A stretch of 64,000 bases of DNA from Eledone cirrhosa (Eukaryota), in contig OZ024742.1 in NCBI GenBank assembly GCA_964016885.1, forward strand, positions 172,856,001-172,920,000. The letters are read 5' to 3'. The notes below the pieces were generated by a model that was not told the origin of the DNA, searched no databases, and saw only the letters and a program-made list of their open reading frames with translations. The translations under genes were made by a program, and so were the position numbers. Of this stretch, positions 28,246 through 41,145 are shown one piece after another. Position 1 is the first letter of the stretch, and each line of letters starts with the position of its first letter.

Positions 28246-28662
28246 ATATATTGGTATATATGTCTATAAATATTGTATATAAATGCATGTATATATCTAT
28301 GAATACGTAATAATTCGAAGGGTTATAATATATACCAGTTTCAGTCTAAACACAACATTTTTCTATTCCTCCCAACATATCTTCTCTTTTCTTTATATAA
28401 ACACCCACACACTCATACATATTCACACATACCCACATACATACAAAGAGTATACGAAAGTCACCAGATTTATCTCAGTGATCTACTGCTTCTACCCACT
28501 CACTCATTGAAATAATAAGCTGAAAATTGAGATAGTGCAAGTTGCATATATATATAATCTCAATTCCTCGTTCGCAATCGAGTAAGACTTTGTAATATAT
28601 ATATATAGTTGAAAACGTGAAGAATAACATGGTCAGCAGACCAACAAGGAACTTTATTCAGA

Positions 28663-28767
28663 GTCTAACAATTGTTTCCATGATAGAGATGTCTAGAAAT
28701 TGCTAAACACTGAAGATAGTGGTACTCAATTTAAAATACATGTAAACGACATCATTTCGTCATAGAC
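28663..28767 (-). ncRNA. Degenerate hammerhead with long helix II
   Basis: GTCT-ATGACGA-AATGAT...ATCATG-GAAA-CAATTG-TT-AGAC. Confidence 0.6.
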
Positions 28768-29724
28768 GAATAGAAAATACAAAATATATGCGCAACGGTA
28801 AATTTATGAATTCAAATTACCACATCAATAATGATATTAATAATAAAGATATAGAGAGAAATAGAGGAAGGGGGACATATGGAAAGGAGGGGGGGGGGGA
28901 GAAAGACGAAAAAGAAAACGAAAATACAGTTATATGCACAACCGGCAAAATTACGAAATCAAACTAAAACTAATATTGATAATAAAGATACAGATAGAAA
29001 GAAGGGCGGATAGATGTAGTAATGGTAGAGAAGAAAACGAAGGATGAAGAAGGAAAAAGAGAAAGAGATAGAGAAAGATGAAGAAGGATACAGAAAAACA
29101 CGTAGAGACATCATTTGAAAGACAGAAGAATTAAGGCGTGCGCTTGGATGAGTAATTGTTGATGAGTGAGAGAAGAAGGAAGATAAACAGACAGACGAAT
29201 ATACGTTAATAGAAGAATGAAAGCAAGTAAAAATAGAGATTTAAGCATAGAAACAAATAAATAAATAAATAAATAAATAAGTAAGTAAATAAATAAGTAA
29301 AAGGATAAATAAATAAATAAAACGATAGATGAGTAAATAAACAATTTGCATATATTGTTATATAAAATTGTATAGTATCTGAAACGTAGAGATGAGAATA
29401 AATATATAAATAAAAGAGACTAATAAGAGTAATATTAATGTTGTTAATGTTTTTGTGAATAGTTATTGATGATTATTAAATGTGGATAGATGTTAAGTTG
29501 AAAATATAATATTGGTATATTTATATATTAACTAGTTTAACATGCATTATATGATAGGATAAAATGATCGAGATGAAGTAGGTTTAAGTACAGAAAATCA
29601 AAGACAAAATGGCTGCCGTAACTAAATACAGGATGGTTATCAGACGTAATCAGTGTGGCTGGCCAAGTCATACAAAACGGACAGCTTCATGAAAACAGAG
29701 TATTTTATACATTATTATTTACAA

Positions 29725-29988
29725 TCAAATCCCGCCGAGGTTGACTCTGCCTTTCATCCTTACGGGGTCGATAAAATAAAGTACCAGTAATGCACTGGGT
29801 ATTTGCTAGCATTGTGCCTAGGGTTGGACGCCATGCTTTGATGCATAGAGTTACGGCCCTTGCCATTCTGAGTTCAAATCCCGCCTAGGTTAATTTTGCC
29901 TTTCATACTTACGGGGTCGATAAAATAAAGTACCAGTAATGCAGTGGGATAATTGCTGACCTTGTGCCAAAAGTAGAAACTATTATTT
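29725..29988 (+). mobile_element. Two fused 5'-truncated tRNA-SINEs
   Basis: Two consecutive B box/central domain/tail blocks. Confidence 0.85.
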
Positions 29989-30126
29989 ACACTATCTATT
30001 ACACATAAGATGACAACAAGAAATCGTCTCTCATAATTTACCTACATTTTTTTTAATCCCCCGGACTATATTTTCCTTTGAAGCAACGAAATGGTATTTT
30101 CTGTATATATAATATATATATATAAG

Positions 30127-30168
<42 letters not shown>

Positions 30169-30745
30169 CCCCCTTCTATCGTCTTCTAGTCACTGTTTTC
30201 CTTGCATTGATGATTCCTCATTGACATTACTGTTCTTCCCACCTCAACGCCTAAATTTATGTTTATTGTGTGTGTATATATATGTATATATATTTCTATG
30301 GAATTATCTGTAGTTTATTGTCTACGTTTTAATGAAAGCTTGCTGCAACAACAAACCAACAAACCCGTATATTATTTCTATAATTAACATCACAATAATA
30401 ATCATTACATACTACTCACTTCAAAACTGTTATAAAGAATTGTTATTATTGTTACCAAATTCTCAGTTGAACGTCATTCCATTTAATTAACATTGCTTAA
30501 CACCCTAATGGAAGGCATGAACATCACAACACCTCGTTTTGTCACAGTTCCTTTAAACACGGGCGTTGTTCCTCGCTTAAAGAAAGACATTATCATCATT
30601 GTATGGTGGAATATTATTAATATATATTATTACAAGTTTAAACTTAACTATATCTACCCACCGGGAGAGAAACACACTAACATCCTAACTCATACATGGA
30701 ACACTAATTTCATCCGATTAATGTCTATCGAAGTGGATTTAAAGG

Positions 30746-30781
<36 letters not shown>

Positions 30782-31144
30782 TTTTATGTTTCATATTCTC
30801 TGATATTTCATACCATACAGAGACAACACAAGACAGCAAATATAGTAAAATTATTTCTAACTAACCCCCTAAGTTTATCCCAGAGGCCCTTATGATTTTC
30901 ATGATCCATTCAAGAATCAAACCAACATTTATATACTTATTTACTCCAGTAGTTTAACTGTCGTATTTTTCTCTTCCTTCTGTCAAACGTTTTTATTAAA
31001 TTATCTTGACCCTGTTTTCCCCTGACTTTTATCGTAATTTTTGGAATGCATCTTCTCTTTTCATGATATCTTCTATATTTGGATTACATTGAGTTCTTCA
31101 TACGGATCGGATACTACCGTATATTTTGGCAGATTTATCTATGT

Positions 31145-31246
<102 letters not shown>

Positions 31247-31288
31247 CAATATTAAATAAATGGAAAACTATATTTATAAAACCATATT

Positions 31289-31354
31289 TATTTCATTATA
31301 TATATTTCGGGGATATCATATTAACAATATGCTATGCCTTCATCAGACAAAATA
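31289..31354 (-). ncRNA. Hammerhead with TATATA helix III, intact core
   Basis: Reverse complement of 32282-32347. Confidence 0.75.
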
Positions 31355-31720
31355 CAATATAAACAGTTTTATAGATAAATATATTCGACATACCGTAATA
31401 AACATCAACTTCATTTGAAGAGGTTCACTCTAGCAGTGAAAAATACAGAGAGAAAGAAAGAGAGAGAGAAAAGAGGGAAATAAGAAAGAAAGAAAGACAA
31501 AACGAAGAAAAGGAAGAAAAAGAAGAAAAAGAAGAAATGCATGGGACAAAATAGAGAGATGGAAAAATAGATAAAGCGAAGAGCTTCATGTAAAGAGACC
31601 GAAAGAGATATATATATATATATAGAGAGAGAGGAAATAGAGATAGATACATATATAAATATAGATATAGAAAAATTAGGTAGTGGGAGGTCATTTTGAG
31701 TAAGTGTATCAATGATGCAT

Positions 31721-31755
<35 letters not shown>

Positions 31756-32281
31756 GCTCAAGTATTAATGTAAGGGAGATATATAGAGAGATATAGAGAG
31801 ATATAGAGAGAGAAAAATTTAAAAATAGCCAGACATATTCGAGGCGTAGAAAACCCTATGTTTTAATGTATTAGTATTTATAAAACTTACACTATATTGT
31901 AAATATCATTATTCCTGAATGAAACAAGTATTCACAATGCGTGAAAATTCATTATCTTATGTTTAGTTTTTTAAAAAAATTCATATGTCTATGTGAATCC
32001 AACTGATTCACTCCGCAAATTCAAAGTTACCGGAAAACATTCTCAATGTGGTATAAAAATTTGAGCGTATTATTATTCTTGCGATTACTCTACAAGATTA
32101 TCTATCAATTCTTCTTTTTCTTCCTTTTCTTCGTTTTGTCTTTCTTTCTTTCTTATTTCCCTCTTTTCTCTCTCTCTTTCTTTCTCTCTGTATTTTTCAC
32201 TGCTAGAGTGAACCTCTTCAAATGAAGTTGATGTTTATTACGGTATGTCGAATATATTTATCTATAAAACTGTTTATATTG

Positions 32282-32347
32282 TATTTTGTCTGATGAAGGC
32301 ATAGCATATTGTTAATATGATATCCCCGAAATATATATAATGAAATA
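32282..32347 (+). ncRNA. Hammerhead with TATATA helix III, intact core
   Basis: TATTTTGT-CTGATGA-AGGCATAGCATATTgttAATATGATATCCCC-GAAA-TATATA-TA-ATGAAATA. Confidence 0.75.
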
Positions 32348-32483
32348 AATATGGTTTTATAAATATAGTTTTCCATTTATTTAATATTGTAAATATACTC
32401 CAAGTATTTGTCGAGTGCTTTTATATCAGTTATAAATATTTACTAGTTGTAACCCAACAATTTTAAATATAACTTTCCATGTA

Positions 32484-32597
<114 letters not shown>

Positions 32598-33646
32598 CCA
32601 AGCCTCCTATAAGTTTTGCATATGGCGTCGTGAGAAAACTCGGATGCACTGTTAATTTCCTCTCTCTTGATCCTGTGGCTACCTGGATGGATATACGGGA
32701 TACACAAGCACAGTGCCTGTATTTTCTTTATCGAACATCGAAAGTATGAAAGGCAAGGTGGAAATTGGCGACATTTGAACTGAGAACGCGAGAACCTTAA
32801 CAAATAACAGCCAACAGAATTTATAGTTATTTTCTGCACCTGAGCATACATGTTCTATAATCTTCATAATTCACTCAAAGATACGTAAGTTCGGATGTTC
32901 CAGCTTTTTGATACAACTCTCTAATTCAGGTGATATGATTACGTGCCTCAGCTCAATCTCTCGTCTTCCCACAAAACTCTTTATTTAGCATGTAAACATG
33001 CAACGAAATTCACCTATAGAACCTAGGTTTCTACCCGTCTCTCGCCTCGTCGGACGGATAGAGACAAGGTAAATATACAGGCTGATCACAACTACACCCC
33101 GAGCTTCATTATCCCATAGAAGTTTGCCAAGCAAGAAAAGAGGCACACATCGAATGTTTATGATTTCAACCAATATCACATAAAACTTTATTAGTATATG
33201 CAAATGTAGCCACTAATATCGTGAGAATATTCATTTAAATATTGATATTAAAAGTATGTGAAATGAAGGAGTGTTTTGTGGTCAATGTGTATATAAGAAC
33301 TACTAGCAACTGCTTGTCCGAAATAACTCATGTAAGAACACACCAGTTAGGTATAATAGCTGTCACAGCACTGGGAATACAGTAACTGAACCCAATTTTA
33401 TTCGTCACCTGTTTTCAGGTTAATCTCCTATGATTACTTTCAATTTTTCGGCACCTTATATTATTTATATATATATATGCTTCTTTCATTTGTTTTAAAT
33501 GTTTACATTTATATGTAATTGATCGATTGATTAACTAATTAAATACTACTATTTTCGCTTTATATTGCATTAATTTATCTCTGTATGTTTCCTTTTGGCT
33601 CCGCTAGTAACTCGATTAATAGGTTTCTTTCCTTCACTTCCTATAA

Positions 33647-35394
33647 CACCGTGTAACAAAGCATTTTATTTTCTCTGTTCCTGGCTTGTAATCACTTATT
33701 TTGTGTTGTTTAGGTCCCAAATAAATAAAAAAAAAAGCTATTAAACAGTTAAAAGTTTGGGTTTGTAAAAATTCTAAGCTATTCACTAGAATTATTTTTA
33801 TGCTGGATTCTACGTTGTACGTAAGTTTAATTTGCTTATGTTAAATTATTTTTTTTATATATGTTTCCGAATAAATTAAAATTATAAAATGAAGAGTAAT
33901 ACCTAAAGAAAATTATAAAAGGGCAATAAAGTATAAAATTGTTAAAAAGTGGATTACAGCGATTAATTGATACTGGAATTTCGCACCCTGAATAAAGGGT
34001 AAGTTGTGTTTTAAACATTCGACTCCAGGATGAAGCAGTGGAACTTGGTCAAGGAGGAAGTGCAGGTGACAAGTCAGAGAAGTGGACACGAAACTTTCTC
34101 AGACTTTTACACTCTTAGTGATGGCCTCTGCTTCTGCCATGACGTGCCTGGACTGTTTGACGTTATTGGGGTGACGTTTGTGCCCAAGGAGTGGCGGCTT
34201 TTTATAGACAGCTCCACCACGAGTTTCAAGGTTGTCCTCCTCCACAATGGAAACACGTTCCCCACGCTACCCCTAGCTCATTCAGTCTGCGTGAAGGAAG
34301 ATTGCTACAGTGTGAAAGTCATCTTCGAAGCTCTGCAATACAACCAGTACAATTGGGAAATCATTGGAGACTTCAAGATGGTGGCTTTCCTGCTTGGACT
34401 CCAAGGGGGCTTTATCAAATTCCAATGCTTCCTCTGCCTTTGGAACAGCAGAGCCATCTCTGACCACTACAAAAGAAAGCACTGGGAGCAGCAACCAGAA
34501 TTTGTAGTTGGAACCCGGAACCTCATGTGGGAGCCAATGGTTGATCCCAGGATTGTGATCATGCCGCCACTGAACATTAATTTGAGGTTGATGAAGCAGT
34601 TTGTGAAGGCTCTGGAGCAAGAATCAGCTGCTTTTAAGTAACTTTTTCAACAGTTCTTCTCCAAGTTATCTGAGGCCAAAATCAGAGGTGGAATTTTTGT
34701 TGGACCTCAGATAAAGAAGGTGTTTGAGTCTACCGAGTTCTCCAATAAGCTCAATAGGATTGAGAGAACAGCATGGAACTGTTTCAAGGCAGTTGTTAAG
34801 GGCTTCCTGGGCAACTATAGAGCTGAAAACAACCAGTAACTGCGGCAGGATCTGATAAAGGCTTTTGGCGCCATGGGATGCAGGATATCGCTTAAACTCC
34901 ATATGCTGGATGCTCACCTGGAAAAATTCAAGGACAATATGGGCGCCTACTCAGAAGAACAAGGCGAACGATTCCATCAAGATGTGAAAGAGATAGAGCG
35001 GAGCTACTAGGGCCACTAAAATGAAAAAGATGATGGGGGACTATATCTGGGAGCTAGTGCGCGAATGCGACCAGGATTACAAGCCCAAATCCAGGAAATC
35101 CAGTCATTTCTGACGTGTATATGTTGCTTTATAATTGTTATTTGTTTTTACTTGTTTGCTTTTGATAAGCTTCTGTAATAAAATAAATATATACTCTGTT
35201 GATTTAATTTATGAACTGATAAATTAAAAAAAAATGTGCTTTCTCTTGAAAAATATGAACATTTCGAAATATCAAACTCTTGACCACAAACCCAAACTTC
35301 TGATTAAATAAGAGTGTTTTTTTTATAATAATGGGATATAACAAACCAGGAAATGATACTTAGAACCGAGAACCTAAAAATATGTTATACGGTG
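33647..35394 (+). mobile_element. Chapaev3-like (CMC) DNA transposon, internally deleted
   Basis: Termini CACCGTGTAACA...TGTTATACGGTG with longer imperfect TIRs; 3-bp TAA TSD (33644-33646 / 35395-35397); family assignment from recalled CAC..GTG termini, TWA TSD and transposase motifs. Confidence 0.8.
34012..35113 (+). pseudogene. DDE transposase C-terminal part with premature stops
   Basis: EWRLFIDSS..KVVLLHNGN, GDFKMVAFLLGLQGG..CFLCLW, PPLNINLRLMKQFVKAL, GIFVGPQI, SLKLHMLDAHL, YSEEQGERFHQD; stops at ~34639, ~34837 and ~35008; N-terminus missing. Confidence 0.88.
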
Positions 35395-36027
35395 TAATTG
35401 GACGTTAATTCATTTTAAAACCTTAACTTGCAATTGTTAATCATTAATTCTGAATATTCAACGTTCAATGTTCAATCCTAATCTCTAACATTAATTTATA
35501 TATATTCCTATTTATTTTTAATTGTTAATTCTTAATTCTGAATTTTTAATTTTCAATGTGGAATTTTAATTTCCATCCCTTAGCATTAATATATTTATTC
35601 ACGAAACCCGATGGCTGAATTAAACGATAATATACACATCGATATAAGCACTTGCGTTCAGCATGATGCCATGCGTCGACCTGCCAAAAATAGTGGGAAT
35701 AGTTGTGGTGATGCATTCATACAAACACTAGACCTATACTTTAATACTGCTGGCGTCTGCTGGAAGTGAACACAGTGGCACAGCAAAGCATCATAAGTTG
35801 AATTGAACTCTGTGACCGTAATATTTCAGCAATTGTTGGGGGAGAGGTGCATTAGTATGTCAGTTAGGCTCGTCACGGTCGTTCTACCTACTTGCCGAGA
35901 CGGGTGATCGATCAACCCCCAATCTCCCTGCCGGTACGCAACTGTATAGTTCTCAGGGGATCGGACAACTGTAATAAAAATAGATTGGATTGCCTTGGAA
36001 ACGAAACATTGTTACATAAATTGCTTC

Positions 36028-36086
36028 CTGATGATGTGGCCTAGCCGATTACGTAATCGAACCATCACGCAACCGTGATCACCGTT
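36028..36086 (+). ncRNA. Degenerate hammerhead candidate
   Basis: CTGATGA-TGTGG..CGATTACGTAATCG..CCATCAC-GCAA-CCGTGATCACCG-TT; GAAA mutated, helix I unclear. Confidence 0.4.
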
Positions 36087-36136
36087 ATAATATGTATCAC
36101 TGTATTTTTAAACATCTACCACAACATTTGCATTTA

Positions 36137-36178
<42 letters not shown>

Positions 36179-36494
36179 ATAATAAATAAGAAGATTAAAA
36201 TCAAAAGAAACGAGTCGAGAAGATTTGTATATATATAGATGTATGTATGTCGTGTCACTCTTGAGTGGTACTGGTGACATGTAATCGAGTACAACCTGTC
36301 GCTTGGTCGGGTCGTCAGCGACTAAACCGGCTACCCCACCAAGTTTACTTGGCGAGGAGGGTGATTTTGGACACGCTGCAGGAAAAAAAAAAACCTGACA
36401 AAGGGCGGAAAAAACTCATAGGAGTCAACGGTCATCCGAAAGGGTGTAAATATGTATATATACATGTATCGCGCGGTTAAACCTTTTGGAGTGA

Positions 36495-36712
36495 AGGACG
36501 GTTGCTAAACACTATACGGCTTAATTCGGGATGTTTGTTTACAAACACACCGAGCATTATAATAAATGTTATGTAAATCCACACGCACATATTTATATGT
36601 GTGCATGTATATATATATATACATACTACTGTACGTCTGTATACATACTTATATTTAAGTAACAGCCGTACTAAGAGTGAGAAATGAAATTTCGTTTCAT
36701 TTTTTCCGTTTA
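36495..36712 (+). mobile_element. Family A fragment without the hammerhead
   Basis: Reverse complement of 9372-9607; ends at the same ccgtttat/(TA) junction. Confidence 0.8.
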
Positions 36713-36814
36713 TATATAAGTAGAAGTGGTATTTAATTTGTTGGACGTCCGACAAATTTAAATGTTTATAACTGATTTAGAGCACTCAAGAGTTTACTGG
36801 AGTAAATATTCAAT

Positions 36815-37290
<476 letters not shown>

Positions 37291-37607
37291 TGTGTGTGTG
37301 TGTGCGCAAAGGAAATAGGTGAGTTAAAGAAATAGGGGAATGATGTGGTGTATAGAAACCGAAATATAGCCAGATGATTGGATAGAGAGAGACACGGGAG
37401 GGGAGATATGCAGAGATCAATAGAAATAGAAAGGAGGTAATAGATAGAGAAAGAAAGATTGAAAGTTAGGTTGATGCATATACTTGCCTCTAAATACGGT
37501 ATTGACCATAAAAACTGTTTCCCTGTTTGACACTCAATACCATACAGATAGAAACACACGAATATTCTTTTCTTCTCGCAAATACACACACACATGCGCG
37601 CACGCAC

Positions 37608-37664
<57 letters not shown>

Positions 37665-38387
37665 CACACATACACACACTCACATATATATATATATATA
37701 TTTATATATATCGATGGTAACCCCAATGACCGCACGGGCGGTACACCGCCCTCGAGACTTGGGACGATTCAAAACACAAACGTCACACCCCAGGACACCA
37801 TTGCCCCACATGTAATTTCCAGTTACAATAGACCAGTAACTACTAGGAAGACAGGTCATTCTAATATAGTTAGTAGGAACTAGAGGCATCGGACCAGAAA
37901 AGACCTGGGGTATAATACTCCTTATTCCACTGGCCTGATCATTAGTATAACTAAGCTTTTATTTAGGGTCTTAGACAAATTCTTCCCTAGATCGCACAGA
38001 TATTATAAAATATTCAATAGAAATACCATCAAGCTGTCCTACTCCACAACTAGTAACATAGCTCAGAATATAGCTAAGATGAATTATAGTAGACTTAGGA
38101 CAGCCCATGAGAGAATTAGGCATGGCAGGAACAATGGCAGCTCTATTGAGGAAGTGACTCATATACGTGAGGCGAGTCGGGTCTCCCCAACTCCAGGGAA
38201 TTTAACCATAGAGCAGACTCGAACTGAGACCGGACCCCAAAGTACCGTGTTTCATCTGGAACTACCCAGGTCGATAGCAACATATGTAACTGCAGAAACA
38301 CCGCCACCTGCCCCATGACTGAGAAATGCCTTACCATATATATACATACTACTGTACGTCTGTATATATATATGTATGTATGTACGG

Positions 38388-41145
38388 GCTTTGGGAGGGT
38401 CATGTTGCCAATAAGAAACACACGCACCAGGAGCTTTCACTCCAATTTATTATAAATTAAATTAATAAATTCCCGGTTGGTTGGTTGGTTCCATAACCGG
38501 AGGGTTGTTCATATATTGTCACAGTTCTTTCGTCACATATTTTGTGACCTCTTCAGTGTCTGGAGATTATTTTCTTTGTTCTGTGCCTCTCCTTTGTTCT
38601 GTTCTACGCCATCTTGTTTTTGTGTGTGTTGTCTGATTACTTTGCGCTTGTGTTACATCCGGGTGCCTGTGTGTGTTTTTATTTGTTTATTTATTTGTTT
38701 ATTTACATGTTAATGGTTGATTGTTTGTTCTATGTGTGTGTGTGTTTTCATTTTGTCCTTAATTGTAAGTTGTGATGTTGCTATTCCATTCATGTTTTCT
38801 ATTTTATTTTGGTTGGAGTTCATTTATGTTTATTGCCTCTGTGATTTGTCTAAATATTGCGTCTTTTCTGTGTGTAGATTCTATTTTTGATTCTATGTTC
38901 TCTAATTTGCCCTTATGTTCTATTTTAGGATGTTGGTGGAGTATTGATGATTCTTTTGTATCTTGAAGTTCTCGCTAGTCTTCATTTAACCGTTCTCCTA
39001 TACTACGCGCTGTCTCACCTATGTACCCTATATTCTTATCTTTGCATTGTCCTTCAGTACATCTTATGCTATATAATATATTTCTAGTTTTACAGTTAAT
39101 ATGGAGGGGGGGGGCTTAGTTTACAGATTATGCATGTCTTATCTATACAGGGAGGTCTTTGAAAAGGGTATGTATTGCTAATACGTGTTTGTGTGGAGGT
39201 TCCTGGTCTTTCTACTATCTTAATATTAAGTTTAAGTTCATCTAGGGCCTTTCTAAATTTGTAAGCTAATTCACCTCTAGGGGTTGTATTGATGAACATT
39301 ACATCTGGTATTTATTGCTATCATACCATGAGTGTATTCTATTAACCTTATTCCTAGTTCTTTCTATTTTATTCCAAAATTTGCTCCTATATAAGAGGCA
39401 GGTTCCATTTGTATCATTATTTACCATTTTTTCCCATTTGGTTCAGGCTCCTCTATATACTTTGATTTTATCTCTCTGATTGTAACCAGAGAACTGCATA
39501 CGGTGGATGAAGTGTTGTATGTGTCTCTCTAGTTCTTTGTGGTTGCATATGCGGGACAGGTTTCTCATTACCCGTACCAAATCGGCAATCAGTATGTTGA
39601 TTTTGGTGTGATCCGAAACAGCTGAGTTTCGATGGATCAGATATTTGGAAGTCATGGGTTTGGCATAATGAGAATGGAGGATTTGTTTTTCTGTTATTTT
39701 GCTTCTTGTTATACTTTTCTATAATATTTAGATCTAGCTATATTAAATTGTGCTTCTATTTGTTCATCGACCTGTGACGGAAATTGCGTGCGTTTGTTAA
39801 AAGCTAAAGTCGTGGCGTGGACTCGTCTTATGTCGAAGGACATATCGGAAGGATTATAAAATGTAGAATTCCAGGCTGCTGCGTTATGTGTTCTATTGCT
39901 ATTGTTATTGTTAGTTGCTTCTATTTCTATTTCCTCCAACAGCCTCATGGTTGTTTCTATGTCTCTCATTATTACTCCTGTCTCTTTTCTCTGGCTCATT
40001 GTTATTATCTACTCTATTTTGTTTGTCTGTGTGTTCGTCCTCGGTATTTAGTCTGTCAGTATCGATAGTCTCCCTTCTTCTTTCAATCCTATTATCTTCC
40101 CTTACTTCTGTGTTACTGTCATTTGGATTGGCAGTATCGGTAGAGGGTCGGACGCCATGCTTTGACGCAAAGAGTTACGGCCCTTTCCATTCTGAGTTCA
40201 AATCCTGCCAAGGTTAACTTTGCCTTTCATCCTTACGGGGTCAATACAATAAAGTACCAGTAATACACTGGTTAATTGGTGGCCTCGTGCCAAAACTAGA
40301 AACAATTATCTGTTTCTGTGTCTGTGTGACTGTAAGATTGTGTTGTTGGTGACAAGCATCTTATATTTATCTTATTATATGTTGCATATTTCGGTGGTAG
40401 CTATAACATGGATAGTTCATCGGGGTCTACTGTAGTGTTGCCGTATATATTTGTGCTGTTGTTGAATTCGTCAATTAATGGTATGTCGGCCATGTTTATA
40501 CCATCAATCCTATCTGGTTATTTATCTCTATTCTCTGAAGTTTCTTGGTTTAGTTTCATCTGTTTGAGCCACGTTAATTTCTTGTTGAAGTGTTTGTTGC
40601 AATCTTGGATGATGTACTTTTCTTCTTCGTGTATAATATTTATGTATTCTAATTGTTCTTTTGGTGTGGTGATCTTAGTTATTTCTTGTATTAAGTTACG
40701 CTTATGTTTTTCTTGATGACTTAATCTCTGTAATTCTTTTTTTGTTAATGTTTAGAATTAGTGTTCATTTTAACCTATCTGCTTGTTCTTTTGGTAAGTT
40801 GTAAAGTTCTTACATCGGTGTTGATGGTATTGGTGTAAAATCGGGATGAGGCACATTCTTTTATGAAGTGTAGTTGTCGAGATGATATTGTTTTTCGTAG
40901 ACAACAGAAGATGGTGGTTTTCAGTATCTTCTTATCTTGGCTTACGATATTTTGTTTTTGAATTTGTATAACAAGATTCGTTATCTGAAAACGTGTATTG
41001 AAACCGATATTGTTATACTTTGGGAGGGCCATGTTGCCAATAAGAAACACACGCACCATTGATTTCACTCCAATTTCTTATAAATTAAATTTATAAATAT
41101 AAGAAATTTATAAATTTCCGGTTGGTTGGTTGATTCCACAACCGG
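38388..41145 (-). mobile_element. PLE left unit: pLTR part, N-terminal region, thumb/GIY-YIG and pLTR; RT core absent
   Basis: 38388-39690 is the reverse complement of ~42400-43705; 39700-41032 reads MALPKYNN...KILK...DIRRVHATTLAFNKRTQFP; 40960-41145 is the reverse complement of 43575-43765; hammerhead at 38518-38560. Confidence 0.85.
40125..40310 (+). mobile_element. tRNA-SINE inserted into the PLE
   Basis: GGATTGGCAGTATCGG...GAGTTCAAATCC...AGAAACAATTAT. Confidence 0.9.
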
